A DNA stretch of 63,666 nucleotides, the filler included, from Folioceros fuciformis (Eukaryota), in NCBI GenBank assembly GCA_049999805.1. It is 8 parts of 8 records of this genome, joined end to end, with 100 filler letters (N's around TTAATTAATTAA, not from the genome) between each part and the next. Parts side by side here need not be neighbours in the genome. Positions count along the whole stretch, not along the records: positions 30,886 to 39,861 come from JBNGIO010005525.1; positions 39,962 to 48,762 come from JBNGIO010005527.1; 6 more parts are not named here. One strand, given 5' to 3'. A program made the position numbers and the translations under genes. The notes below the pieces were generated by a model. That model did no database searches. It was not told the DNA's origin and saw only the letters and a list, made by a program, of their open reading frames with translations. Shown here piece by piece: positions 35,626-48,762 of the stretch; the stretch's first letter is position 1; each line of letters opens with the position of its first letter.

Positions 35626-36693
35626 GGACAAGGAACTGTCAGCAATCAACGATGCATGCTGCGTTAGGCTTCCTGGCAGCTCGAGTCCCTACGCGCAATC
35701 CGTATCAATATTTTTCAGGTTCAACCTGTGACTGGAGACCAAGTGTCACGGGTTGCGACAACGCCGTACTCCTCCGTCCTACCGTTACAATGTAGTTCCC
35801 CCCCTGGTTCCTGTCTACGAACGCGACAAACTTATATACGATCCACAAGGTCCGCTCATGCGCGTTCCTGATGCAGCGTCACTCTCTGGCTTGCCTGGTT
35901 CTCTCGTTGCGGGGTGATACGAGGGTGGTTCGATTCGGACTACAAGCCTCTCAATTTCTCTTGGGATCGCGATCGTAGGGACTGCCAATTCCGTCTTACA
36001 CTGCAAGGCGGTTAGCGCGGGGTCAAAATAGGGCAAGGAATGTATTCCACAGCAGCAGGTGAATCAAACGGCCTGTGCTGAGGTGTGTGAGGACCATTTG
36101 CCCGCTGCTGTGTTTGTGCTGCTATTGCATGGAGTCCCAATCCTTGGCCAGGTCCTGCTCTATCCCTGTAACAGAAACCGCACTTCGGATCTTCGGTTGG
36201 GAGACTGCATTTCGCTTATCTTGAGAGTTGTGCAGAAGACTGAGTGCCAATGCGTGGAAGCAGGATATGTGTGGCTCACCTGTCAGATCAAATTTAGCTG
36301 TCGGCAAAGTATCAGGATACTTCCCCCCAGCTGAACCCTTAGGAAGTTGGTCGCGTGATTGGGACCAGAACGGATTCTTACCAATACGAGATTTTGTGGT
36401 GGAGGGTACGGAGACGGGGTTGTCCTGGATACTACCGCACTGGGAATGGCTTGTTGAATGGGTATGGATTGGTGAATGAAGTTCATGCTATTCTCGGATG
36501 TTCTTCAATGCAAATTTACATTTGCGGTGTAGGTTGCCCGACTTTTGCCAGCAGGTTAATACCGTCTTATAATCCTTGTGGCATGGCGGGTTCGGTTGTC
36601 CTTCTGTCTGTGTCATAGTCGTAGTCATAGTCCTCCTCCTCTTTGTTCGATTGATTAGGGTGTCTTCCTTATTCGATCGTATTTTGTTAAAGC

Positions 36694-39354
36694 ATGAAGG
36701 GTAAGTGAGCGTCCTGTCTTTTGAGATATCACCAGTGGTACTGAAAGTTTTTTGCTTGCGTTGTTTGCACACTCTTTGGCACTAATACATAAGGTGTGAT
36801 GCTTAGGTGATCCGGACTTGGTGAGGTGGGGGCTTAACTTGCTTGATGGAGGCGGAGGTCCGACTCATGATGCAAGGGCTGGACCAGTTAGTATATATGA
36901 GAGTAGCTTAGGCTCCAGGTATGGCTGGGTTGATCCTGAAAGAGGGATGTCCCAAGAAGAAGCGGTTCCTCAGTACACACAAGGATTTGGCTCCCAGCAA
37001 CACTCTACAACTACAAGTTCATCACCAGGGTTTGATGCGAGCTATACATATGCCTCTTTTTCTCCGCAAGGGGGTTCAGAAAGATCATCGTCGTCTAGAC
37101 TACAACCTCTGCCCAAGGATGATGAAAATCCCCGTTTTCGTGCATCCCAGAGATATGGTAGCAATGACGTCTACGGATCTGTATATGGAAGAAGCAGTCT
37201 GAGAATTCCTCCACCTCCAAGGGGGGCTCTCAAGGGTGCTCCTGATTCTGATTCACCGCCACAAACAATGATGCCAGCGCCCCGGAGAGCAGAGAGCACC
37301 ACAGCGAATGACGAAGTAATTGCAATTGCTCTGCAAGAGGAGTTTTCTCATCTTGCTACGTTGGAGGCGGAAGGCAAAAATACTAATCCGGATGTGGCGA
37401 GGGATGACTTTGAGGAAGAATTTCTTGCTCAGGACTGGTCTGAGAGACAGAAACGGCGTGGGAATTATCAGGGCCCTGGCAGCCACCAGTCAAGCACCCC
37501 TGTTGTAGGAGGAGGTGAATCAGGAAAAAGCCATGAAAGGTTTTCTGAACTAGTCGCTTCACAGTCTGACAGCGGGTATAGTGGAACGTCTTCAGCTGTT
37601 GGTCCTACATCTGTTGCAGCCTTTCGACCGAATGAAGATGAGGATCGAAGATATGCATTGGTTCTTGCCGAAGAGCAAGGGTACCAACAAGAAGTTGCCA
37701 AACGCCTCACTCATATGGAATCAATACCTGTGAGTTAACTTGAATGTTTTCTAAGATTTGATTTGATTTTAGGGATTTGTTTAATTTCAGCTGTTTAGTG
37801 GTTAACCGTCCGGTGCTTAGTGAGTTCAGAGGCAGACATGGTAATTCTCTCAAAGTGAGACATGTTTTTCTCTTGCATTTCTGTGCGGCAGCACATTCCC
37901 AAAATAAATGGCCAAATACCTTCACTTGATGCTGCCTCTGTAGACCATCAAAGGCTGCTGGACAGGTACAATCAGGCATGGTTTCTGGGGTTCCTTCGTG
38001 TAATTGTTTTCCGGTGGGACTTCTCTGACTGTAAGTGCTCATCACACTACAGGCTGTATCTGTATGGACTTTGTGAAAACAAGATTCAAGGTGACGGGAA
38101 TTGCCAGGTGTGTTGGGTTATGAAAAACATTTTGAGCGTAGAGGTAGCTAAATTGAATGTAATTGTCACAGCCGATTGTGTTTGACACTAATTTCTGCCG
38201 TGTGTCCCATAATGGGCTAGGCACTATTAGATGTGGGGACTTAGCTCCAACACGCATTGGATAGTGAATAACCTTGTGCTTCATGTTCCAGTTTCGGGCA
38301 TTGTCAGATCAGCTGTATGGAACTTCTGAACACCACAAACTGGTCAGGAAGACAGTGGTCGAACAGGTGAGCTAAAGTCTCACCATGCGCTGTAAGAAGT
38401 TTTTCACATCTGTGGTTATTGGATAATGAAATGCTTGGTATAGAGAGGCTGGGTGGGCTGAATCTGTTGACTGATATGTCGTTGAGGTAGCTGCAACCAC
38501 AAGAGCACCTATGGCAATTAGTAGTTACATAGCTTACTTCCATTGCCTCCGTATGTGAGGTGTGAGTTCGAGGAAGGAGTGTGACAAGTAGCGTGCTGTG
38601 TGCAGCTTAAAGCTCATCCAGAAATTTACGAAAGCTATGTTCCGATGAAGTACAGCGAGTACGTGAAGAGAATGGCCAAGTATGTGCAAGACTCAAATCT
38701 ACAATACTCATGAAGTGATGCATGCTTTGTGGTGTTTTTGATGTTTAAGGGTTGTCTATTGTAATGAGCCCCAATATTTTTTGTGGGGTGTCTTAACATC
38801 CGAAGCGTGATATTCGCAGGAGTGGCGAATGGGGCGATCACGTGACACTGCAAGCTGCTGGTGACCATGTGCGACTGGTCTTTGTAACGAAACAATCTGT
38901 GAAAGGAAAGGTGGATGGGGATTGGGATTGTGAGTGTTGGTGACAAATGTTGTTTTGGATTGCTTGCAGTACGGCGTGAAAATCAGTCTGGTGACTTCTT
39001 TCAGAGACACTTGTTTTGTGGAGATCACACCCTGCCAGACGAAGTCCAATCGAGGTATTGATTTAATTGGCAGCAACTGAGATTTGTGAAGGGAGGGGAA
39101 TGGAAGGGGTTTGTGAGTGAAGCAAAGGGTCCTGTGATGTGGCGCGCAGTGATTTGGCTGAGCTTTTGGGCGGAGGTCCATTACAACTCGATATATCCCG
39201 AAGGAGGTAAGAGGTAGCGTTTCTGGGCGGATGTCTGTTGGTACTAGCCTCCAATGGAATGGCTTGAAACTGGAGTCACGTGGTTGGGGGTGCAGATGCG
39301 CCGGGGAGTGGTAACGACGTGAAGAAGAAGAAGCACTGGCTGTTTCCGTTCTGA
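36694..39354 (+). CDS. OTU-domain deubiquitinase (plant OTU9-12 clade), about 10 coding exons
   Basis: MK/GDPDLVRWGL start (intron 36701-36806), UIM-like NDEVIAIALQEEF, HIPKING, GDGNCQ/FRALSDQLY, GEWGDHVTLQAA, WLSFWAEVHYNSIYP, ends KKKHWLFPF*. Confidence 0.93.
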
Positions 39355-39961
39355 TGTGGCGTTTGAGTTAGCGATTGGCCAGGCGCTAGCAACCTAGATT
39401 CTTGTATTGGGTAGAGGTGGTAATTAATTGTCACAGTGTAAATACTGCACGCAAGTGCATGGGGGGGCGGCCATGGTTAGCTAGCGTGCCGTGCACTCTG
39501 CTCTAGACTGTACGGGCGCTGGCGGGTGAGGTATGTACGTAAATGGAATACGATGGGAAGTGGCGTGTCGGTGGCTTGCGCCGTCCGTGCACTGGTGGTA
39601 GATATGTTGTACTGTACATGTGCGAGACTGTGTTGTGTACAGAGCTCAGAGCGCAGCATTGTTGGCATGTCAGGAGGAACACAGGATCCGAGATTTGTGG
39701 GGGTCAACTGGGCTGACAAGGGAACAAGAAGGCGGGGCCTGAGGCGCCAGGGCCAGGGCCAGAGCAGGCCTTGCCTGCATAGGATCTGGCCTTGAAGTCG
39801 ATGAAGTTGGTGCAGTGCAGGCCCCGCCAGCCTCTCCCTCCTAACAGGAACCGAGTTGGCTNNNNNNNNNNNNNNNNNNNNNNNNNNNNNNNNNNNNNNN
39901 NNNNNTTAATTAATTAANNNNNNNNNNNNNNNNNNNNNNNNNNNNNNNNNNNNNNNNNNNN

Positions 39962-40292
39962 CCACCCCCAAGATCGCTACGACCACGGAGACCTGGGTCT
40001 CTTGTTCCGGGAATGGCCCGTGGGCTCCGGCGGATTCCACGCTATCTTGATCCAGCTCTCGGAGTACCGATACGTGACCATGGAGGGCAAGGAAAAGCTA
40101 GGCAAGACATGGATGAAAATCGACCATCGGTTCCTGGAGGTCGCGCCTCCTCCCCCACCTCCTCCCCCATCTCCACCCCCTCCTCCTCCGCCTGCGCAAG
40201 GCGCGCCCCCAGCAGACGGGGCTGCTCCAACCGCGCCCCCAGCAGACGGAGCTGCTCCACCTCCTGCTCCTCCTGCTCCATCCAAAGCTTAG
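39962..40292 (+). CDS. 3' end of unknown gene with Pro/Ala-rich tail
   Basis: Frame open from the scaffold edge, GC-rich coding-like composition, ends PPPAPPAPSKA*. No family recognised. Confidence 0.45.
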
Positions 40293-41044
40293 CCTTCTAC
40301 AGCCCTGCCGACCCTTCGATCAGAACTGTGGATTGAAGAAAACTAGCTCATGGCCTAGTTGATAGTTGATTAGCTGAGCTGCATACACCATGTCACAGAT
40401 AGAGGAGGTTTAGAACCAACATGCACAGTTAGGCTTGCCATTCGCGACCTGAAGTTAAAAAAAAAGCAAAGTGCTGTACGCCAAACACATGAGCTATGCG
40501 CACAGACCTACTTTATTTTTAGCCAGAACTATGATCGTTCATGTGGTGGAGACCAAGGAGAAGCTGGTGGGGTGGGAGCCCATCGCTGAGAAGCCGGCCA
40601 GTCACAAGCCAATAACCCTCTCCGCAAGCAGGACCCACTCCGCTACTTGAGGAAAAAGCAGAAAAACACACTAGCCTCACTCGGAGTTGGGAAGAGAGGG
40701 CTACCCGTAAAAATCAGGTGGCCAAGTTTTGGGCCGACGGACACAGTTCTTATATACACCATATTATGATCATTATACATACGTCATAAACAGTATAGGC
40801 TTACCGGTACATACACTATACATAGTGTAGGCTTACCGGGGTTGTGTCTGCAAACGGGTTATAAGAATTATGGTTTAGGTACGTGAAACCCTCATTTCAA
40901 ATCGTGATTTGCTTACACCGCAGTGCATAAAATTGGTGCCAAATTCGTGCTCCTTAAATGGACAAAGGTGATCATAGCGAATCTTGCTTACCACCAAATG
41001 ATGTGCCTTATACTGCTTACTACCAACAAAAACAAAATAATATA

Positions 41045-41942
41045 TTTTGTGTGTGTTTTAGAACACATTTGAGCAGGATGTTGCAAGAAAAGGTTTTCTT
41101 CGTAGCTTGACTTTGGGTGTTCAATTCTTTTTCCAGTCTTCACTAATTGTTGCATTCTGTATACCATTCTGTTTCCCTCAACAATGTAAATAGAATGATG
41201 TATTTTTTGTACGTTTTGGAGCACATTTGAGCAGGATGCTGCAAAAAAAAAAATTCTTCACATCCTAACTTTTGGGTGTTCGGTTCTTTCTCCAGTCTTT
41301 GCTAATTGTTGCATGTTGTACACCATTTTGTTTGGCTCAGCAAGGCAAACAGAATGATGTGTTGTGTGTGCGTTTTGGAGCACATTTGATTAGGATGCTA
41401 GAATGCAAGGGTTTCTTCANNNNNNNNNNNNNNNNNNNNNNNNNNNNNNNNNNNNNNNNNNNNNNNNNNNNNNNNNNNNNNNNNNNNNNNNNNNNNNNNN
41501 NNNNNNNNNNNNNNNNNNNCTAGAATGCAAGGGTTTCTTCACATCCTGACTTTGGGGTGTTCAGTTCTTTCTCCAGTCTTCACTAATTGTTGCATGCTAT
41601 ATAGCATTTTGTTTGCCTTAGCAAGGCAAACAAAATGATGTGTTTTGTGTGCATTTTGGAGCACATATGATCAGGAAATGTGATCAGGAAGCTGCAATGC
41701 ATGGTTTTCTTCACATCCTCACTTTGGGCGTTCAGTTCTTTCTCCAGTCTTCATTAATTATTGCATGCTGATGTCCTTGTGCAAAATACTTCTCCAGTCT
41801 TCATTAATTATTGCATGCTGATGTCCTTGTGCAAAATACTTCTCCAGTCTTCATTAATTATTGCATGATGATGTCCTTGTGCAAAATACTTCTCCAGTCT
41901 TCATTAATTATTGCATGCTGATGTCCTTGTGCAAAATACTTC
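41045..41942. repeat. ~159-bp tandem repeat (at least 4 copies) followed by 50-bp x4 repeat
   Basis: CACATTTGA recurs at 41064, 41222 and 41381. Unit TTCTCCAGTCTTCATTAATTATTGCATGCTGATGTCCTTGTGCAAAATAC x4 at 41740-41942. Confidence 0.9.
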
Positions 41943-43864
41943 GTTGGCTGTGAAGCAGCTCATAGCCCAAATGCAAGAGACTGGAAGACAGCCAGAATGC
42001 AGGTCATTACAACCTTTTTATACCAATTGAAGGACCAAGCAATGCAGCTAGGTTGAGACCTTTCTTTTCTCCTTCTGAGGGGAAAAAAAAAGAATATAGG
42101 AGGTGGGAAAGAGAATGCCGATGGTGGATAATTACATGCCTTGTTTCCCAGGACAATGACAAGGTTGCACGCCCTGGTTTTTCTCTCTACAAGGACCTTG
42201 GCTTCCAAGTTTTTGTTTGGATTTAGTTTCCATTCACTATAGTGCGTTTGTTGCCTCCATGACCTTCTTGCAGCCTTCATGTCCATGGAGCTCGGACTCC
42301 TGCAGCCTATAAATCCATAGGGCTCAGACTCCTGCAATTTCAAATCCATAGGGCAGACTCCTGCAATTTCAAATCCATGGGGCTCCGGAGTGCAATGGCA
42401 AATCCATGGCAAACCTTCTATGCTCACGAACACAAACACACACTTGCCTTGTCTCTGCCCGTGGAGGAAGGAAAGCGGGACTTGGTTCCAGGCAGGCGCA
42501 AGTCAATATTTTATTGAAGATATATGCGTATTCGTATACATATATTGCGTATAGTGTAATAGTGTGCGCTGTAGAACAAGGACAGTAGTTCGCTGGTGAT
42601 CTGCATTGCTTTTTCGCGGCGATAACCCAAGGCTTTCCGGTGCCGCTTTATTTCACCGGTTGCCGATGCCCTGCAAAACCATACGTAGATGCTGACCGTA
42701 TCCCTATGCACAAGCCATGGGATGTCATATATGAAGCATGGCACGGCTGCACGAGTGGATCAGGTGGGGCCCAGACCTGGCCACCTGATGTTTACGGCGA
42801 GCCGGAACAGAGTAGGGTAGGTAGACCCACACTGTTTGAAACGCAACTTGCCCGAAACGCAACTTCCTTACAGAGTGTTTGGAGACGGCAAGTTTTTCTT
42901 GCTCCCAACGTCAGGCTTTAATAAGGAATCGTGCGCGCGGGTATGCATGTCACAGTTAGCTGGCCAATTTCGAGAACCTTCCACAGCGGCGCGGAGCTGA
43001 GGCCTCTCACTTCCTTCATCTTTCACAGGGGCCTCAGCCTCAGCCCCGGCCCTTGGATATGATCCATTTTTCACAGGGGCCTCAGCCCCGCGACATGTTT
43101 CTCATTCGCTGCCAATCATTGTTTGGCAGCGGGAAATGTGTGAGGCTAAGGCCAGTTTCGAATTCTAGAACCGGCGCTTGCAAAGGATTTGTGACACTGG
43201 AGGGAGCATTGATGTTTAAGAGTTTGTGCATTGGAGGACGGAGAGAACCTGGTCACTTCTTGCTACATTAAACTCTTCATGACAGTGGTCCACATCAAGC
43301 TCACATACCGTACTCATGCAGGGCAGGGCAGGTCCACCTACCACTACGGGCTGAGTGGCATGTGTAAACCTGACGCAGACAAGCGAACGCAGCGGATCTT
43401 CGCGTCTGGTTTGACAGACACCCAACGACTTTCTGAGACTCCGCCCAGACCGTGGAGCGATGCACGTCACAGAACCAAGCCATGGACAGCCCGAACATGG
43501 CCCAGACGAATGAACGCCAACCATGTCCCAAAGGCACCCCAAACAGGATTCGATGTCCACAAAAAAGAGGACCGCACTTGCAACCTGTGCATCCTGGGAG
43601 ACTGCAATTGTCCTATTCAGTGCCACGGGGAAATTTTTCGTTCTGAATGTCAGAGCAGAGCAAATCTTGTTAGGAAACCAAGGATCTACGCCTTTATAGA
43701 GACCCACACAATATAGGACACAAGTGTGCATAGCAGACTTGTACAACAAGATAGCACACAAGCCTAGTATGCACTACCCTGTCAAGCCACGAGTGCTTCC
43801 TGCCTGCCGAGGTCAAGCTTGGCACGGGACCCTCCGGCTCACGATCCAGTTGATTAGAGGATCC

Positions 43865-45025
43865 TTACCGATGACGGAGTGGGCAATATCCACCAGGATG
43901 AGCTGCCGAGGCCGAGGCCCAGGCCCAGGCCCAAGGAAAGGAGGGGCCTCTGAAAGCCCCGTACACGAAAGTGACATGGTGAAGTTTTGGGAGGGTTTTC
44001 TCGTGTGGCGAAGCCGGGAGAAGGATATCGATAGGTTGTGGCATTTCGTTGTCCACATCGAAGAGTTCGTGCGATGCACTTCAGCGCATCGGTCCATACG
44101 GTATGTCATACGATGGGCGTCGTTTCTGCCCGGGCCAGCCAGTGTCCAGACTTTCTGGGTGTTTTGTATTCGAGTCCAGACACATCCAGACATTTTGGGA
44201 GCTAGGTATTGGNNNNNNNNNNGTATTCGAGTCCAGACACATCCAGACATTTTGGGAGCTAGGTATTGGCGTCCAGACATTTTGGGTGTTAAGTATGAAC
44301 TTCGGTCCAGAGTCCTGGGGTGTCCTCGCGTCCAGACCTTTTGGCGATGGGGTGTCGTGTATTCTATTTGGGTTTAGAATGCTATCGTGCCGCCACATGG
44401 TTGTGGATCCGGTAGGAACGATTTTTACCGATGACGGAGTGGGCAACATCCACCAGGATGAGCTGCCGAGGCCGAGGCCCAGGCCCGAGGAAAGGGGGGC
44501 CTCTGAAAGCCCCGTACACGAAAGTGACATGGTGAAGTTTTGGGAGGGTTTTCTCGAGTGGCGAAGCCGGGAGAAGAATATCGATCGGCTGTGGCATTTC
44601 GTTGTCCACATCGAAGAGTTCGTGCGATGCACTTCAGCGCACCGGCCCATATGGTATGTCATACGATGGGTGTCGTTTCTGCCCAGACTGTGTTTCCAGA
44701 GTGTCCAGACTTTCTGGTGTTCTGAATTCGAGTCCAGACATTTTTGGGTGTTAAGTATGAACTTCGGTCCAGAGTATTGGAGTGTCCTTGTGTCCAGACC
44801 ACGGGGTGTCGTGTATTCTATTTGGGTTTGGAATGCTATGGTGCCGCCACATGGTTGTGGANNNNNNNNNNNNNNNNNNNNNNNNNNNNNNNNNNNNNNN
44901 NNNNNNNNNNNNNNNNNNNNNNNNNNNNNNNNNNNNNNNNNNNNNNNNNNNNNNNNNNNNNATTCTATTTGGGTTTGGAATGCTATGGTGCCGCCACATG
45001 GTTGTGGACCCGGTAGGAACGAGTC
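43865..45025. repeat. Tandem duplication of a ~500-560-bp unit rich in GTCCAGAC motifs
   Basis: TTACCGATGACGGAGTGGGCAA... starts at 43865 and 44425 with high similarity. Probably TE-derived. Confidence 0.85.
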
Positions 45026-45697
45026 TTTCACGCCAGTAAAATGTGCACATTGTGCGGAACCCAGTCGTCGACTAGACTAAAGTAGAGGTGGTCCAGAGTA
45101 GCTAGAGATGGTCCCCGGGCCCGTACACCTAATGCAACGCAGGAAGGAAGGGGGCACGTCCTACTTCCGGATCGTCGGTTCACCCATACGTGAGTCGTGA
45201 TGGCGACATGACGTGGTATGCTTGGGCCACCAAACACCAATGGGTGGTCGTCACGTACCCGTAGTGCGCAGGAATCACGGTAATGAAATGACTAACAAGT
45301 CGAAACGACAACGTGCTGGAGAGCACGGCTTGCAGTAAGAGCCGCTCCTGGGCTGCACGACCGGGCAAGTTCCCCGACCTGCTTGAATGATCACTAAGTT
45401 GGTTGCAACCGCCACGCCTCATACTAAATCAGTACCCGCCTTATATGTCGCCGGCTCCGCGCCGGTTCTATCGTGCTCGGGCAGAGCGCGATGGGCATCT
45501 CCCCTCAGACAAGAATCGTCGTCAGTGTCCAGCCGTGGTTACGGGATAGGAGGGATCCGTGGTGCCATGAGGGGCAGCTCACGGGGAAAGTGAAGGCTTG
45601 AGCTGGGAGCTTGAGCTTCAGCACCTGCAGGAGCGGCAACGGGAGAAGCGGGAGCTCCCCATGTCCGTGGAGGCTCAGCGCAGCGCACCAGGTGAAA

Positions 45698-47187
45698 ATG
45701 AATCTCGCAGGTGCAACCGACCTCGGCGGCAAGCCGCTGCGGGCCACGGGCTGGGCTTTTCTCGTGCTCATCGCGTTGGGGGTCATCTGTGTGCTCAAGG
45801 ATGGCTGGGTCAGTAGCGATGGCAGCCCCTGGCTGGCAGCTACCCATCCCGGCGTTCCGTCTCTGTCTAAGGACTCGGTTGTGGACCGCCACTTCTTGCA
45901 GCAGGAGCTGCAGCAGGCGGAGGCAAGGATTCTGGATCGGACAGCAGATTTGCTGGGAAACCGCTCGGGGAGTGCCTCCACGAGCGTGCTGCCCACCACC
46001 GACGTGGCCAGGCTCTTGNNNNNNNNNNNNNNNNNNNNNNNNNNNNNNNNNNNNNNNNNNNNNNNNNNNNNNNNNNNNNNNNNNNNNNNNNNNNNNNNNN
46101 NNNNNNNNNNNNNNNNNNCTACATGTATGGGCTGGTGATCGACATCCCGCATGCCCGCAGGTGCATCGGCGACGTGACTAACACCACCATCATCAGCCTC
46201 AACGAGTACCGGGCACGGATTTCCGGGGGGACCTTTGCCGGGGCCGGCACGGGAGGGCTGGCCCCGGTCATGAGGAATGTGAGGGTGCACATTGACAGGG
46301 TCCTCTGCTGGCAGGAGAACTGCGAGAAGAAGACTCCTCGGAAACTGTGGGGAGAGCAGCCTTCGGATGTGGTGTTCCCCGAGACGATCGAGGAGTCCAA
46401 TGCTTTCAGGCTGGTGCATTCGGTGGCGGACTTGGTTAACGCCTTCGGTGGGCTCAACGAACGCCTCATCTCCTTCGGAGATTTGTTTAGCACCGTCAGG
46501 CTGACGGACCTGCCGGAGAACATTACGCTGCGCCCGGAACTCCCTTTGCACAGCTTGAAGTGCAAAATGTTTTTTCAGCCGCATCCGGCTATCGTCACGG
46601 TGGCCAAGGCGTTTGTGCGATCCATTCTCGGCCCGAATTTCCTGGCTGTGCATTTTCGGAGGGGGGACTTTCTGGGCATGTGGAACAGGGAGCCTTGCGC
46701 TGGAATGGGAGAGAAGAACCTCAAATGTTGGGTGAGGCCCTTGGACGTTGTTGCAAAATGCATTGCGGAGAAGGTCCGCGGTACTAACATTACCGTGGTG
46801 TTCGCGGCAACCAATGCGGCTCCAGTCGAATTCTCCTTGTTGGAGAGACTTCTCGCTATTAATGATCCCCCATTGGCCTTAGTCACACTGCCTCGCAGCT
46901 TCGAGGAGCAGCCATTTGTGTTTACACGTGGGTGGCACAAGTTCAAATTGGATGGCTACCCCCTGGCGTTTGCTACCCTGGACAAACTGATTTGTGCTAT
47001 GGGCAGAATTTTCATGGGCACCATCGCCTCCACTTTCACGGACGACATTGTTTCCATGAGAGCTGCGTTTGGGACTCTGAGTTGCCAGGATCAAAACCTT
47101 TGCGCGAACTTCCGGTATGACACTGATTCCTTGCCATTTTTCAACGAAACTGACACCCTGTCTAAGCTTCCATTCAGAAGGAGGTAG
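45698..47187 (+). CDS. O-fucosyltransferase-family glycosyltransferase (OFUT36/POFUT2-like), type II membrane protein; gap at 46019-46118
   Basis: N-terminal TM GWAFLVLIALGVICVL; FLAVHFRRGDF; VFAATNA; LDKLICAMGRIFMGTIASTFTDDIVSMR...SCQDQNLC. No introns visible. Confidence 0.85.
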
Positions 47188-47412
47188 GCTGGTCCCATCC
47201 ACTAGGAGGGGGCTCGCACAACAGCGAGTTGGATGCCTTCCTCATTATTATTAATAGTATTTAGGCCTACTAGGGCACGGTCCATCCTAGGTCAGGATAT
47301 CAACTAGCATAAGTGAAACGGTTACAACCACGGTTCATCCTAGGTCAGGATACCAACGAGATAAGTGAAACGGCCACACAGCGTCTCGCTATTTGACTCT
47401 GCACGTGCTAAC

Positions 47413-47976
47413 CTTCTATAGACCCTTCCCTTCTATAGACCCTTCAATCTAATGCAAACTTCTATAGACCCTTCAANNNNNNNNNNCCTTCAATCTAATG
47501 CAAACTTCTATAGACCCTTCAATCTAATGCAAAATCTACCGCCCGCCGCCCGAACATGCAAAATCTACCGCCCGCCGCCCGAACATCCACCGCTCTCGCC
47601 TATTGCTCCATTCACACATGGTTGCTCCATTCACACATGGTGTCAGACACCGCTCTCGCCTATTGCTCCATTCACATGGTGTCAGGCACCACTCTCGCCT
47701 ATTGCTCCATTCACATGGTGTCAGACACCGCTCTCGCCTATTGCTCCATTCACATGGTGTCAGAGCAGGCAGTTGAGAGCAGGCCAACTGCCTTCCCTTC
47801 CCTATTGAGGCCTGCCAACTGCCTTCCCTTCCCTATTGAGGCCTGCCAACTGCCTTCCCTTCCCTAATGAGGCCTGCCAACTGCCTTCCCTTCCCTAATG
47901 AGGCCTGCCAACTGCCTTCCCTTCCCTAATGAGGCCTGCCAACTGCCTTCCCTTCCCTAATGAGGCCTGCCAACTG
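47413..47976. repeat. Train of minisatellites: 29-bp, ~27-bp, 39-bp x4 and 31-bp x6 or more
   Basis: TTCTATAGACCCTTCAATCTAATGCAAAC; ACCGCTCTCGCCTATTGCTCCATTCACATGGTGTCAGAC; GAGGCCTGCCAACTGCCTTCCCTTCCCTAAT running into a gap. Confidence 0.92.
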
Positions 47977-48636
47977 NNNNNNNNNNNNNNNNNNNNNNNN
48001 NNNNNNNNNNNNNNNNNNNNNNNNNNNNNNNNNNNNNNNNNNNNNNNNNNNNNNNNNNNNNNNNNNNNNNNNNNNNCAGCCCTGCTGCACTACGCGTATG
48101 CTCCCTCCTCTTGCTAAAAAATCTCTAAAAGAAGCCAATGAGAACGTGCTGCACTACACATATGCTCCCTACTCCTGCTAACTCTTGCTAACCGGAGAGG
48201 AGCTACTATTGCGTGGTTTTCTTGACCCACTTGAATACGATTGAAGATACATCCAAGTACCCTTCTTGTTCATGACATGACAATCTATGATTACAATTCA
48301 CACTTTCAAATCACATAGCATCTTTCTATCTCATACATAAAAGACAAAATTGCAGCACAGATATCAAGTATATGTAGACAACACAACCTAATTAACATAC
48401 TTTCAGAACAGGAAATCCAATCAACACAACCTAATTAGCATACCTTTTAAACAGGAAATCCAATCAATCCAACAAGATATCCTTCAGAAACTCACAGCCC
48501 TTGATCACAAGGCTATAGAACTAGGCACAATGATAACCAAAACATACTTAATCTTTATCACAATGAGACTAGAAATAGAATACATCTTCAGGTACACAAC
48601 TATTCACCTATAGCCACAAATAAAATTGCTCACAAC

Positions 48637-48762
48637 ATGTCTACCTCCACGATCTCCTTATCCAAGGAAGACCATTTCGACGGCCAACAACATAACTTCA
48701 CAGTATGGAAGTTTTGAATTACCAACATCTTGATGGAGAGAAAGCTATGGGCTTATGTTGGG
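48637..48762 (+). mobile_element. Copia gag N-terminus (DUF4219-like), truncated
   Basis: MSTSTISLSKEDHFDGQQHNFTVWKF*ITNILMERKLWAYVG. Confidence 0.75.

Noticed and set aside
42560..43720. Coding-like ORFs of 93-181 aa
   Set aside because: No motif recognised and no consistent strand or exon structure.
43724..45080. Long ORFs of 217-343 aa
   Set aside because: They run through N gaps and a tandem duplication on both strands, with no recognisable domain.
45505..46653. 382-aa minus-strand ORF
   Set aside because: Antisense shadow of the GC-rich fucosyltransferase gene, spanning a gap.
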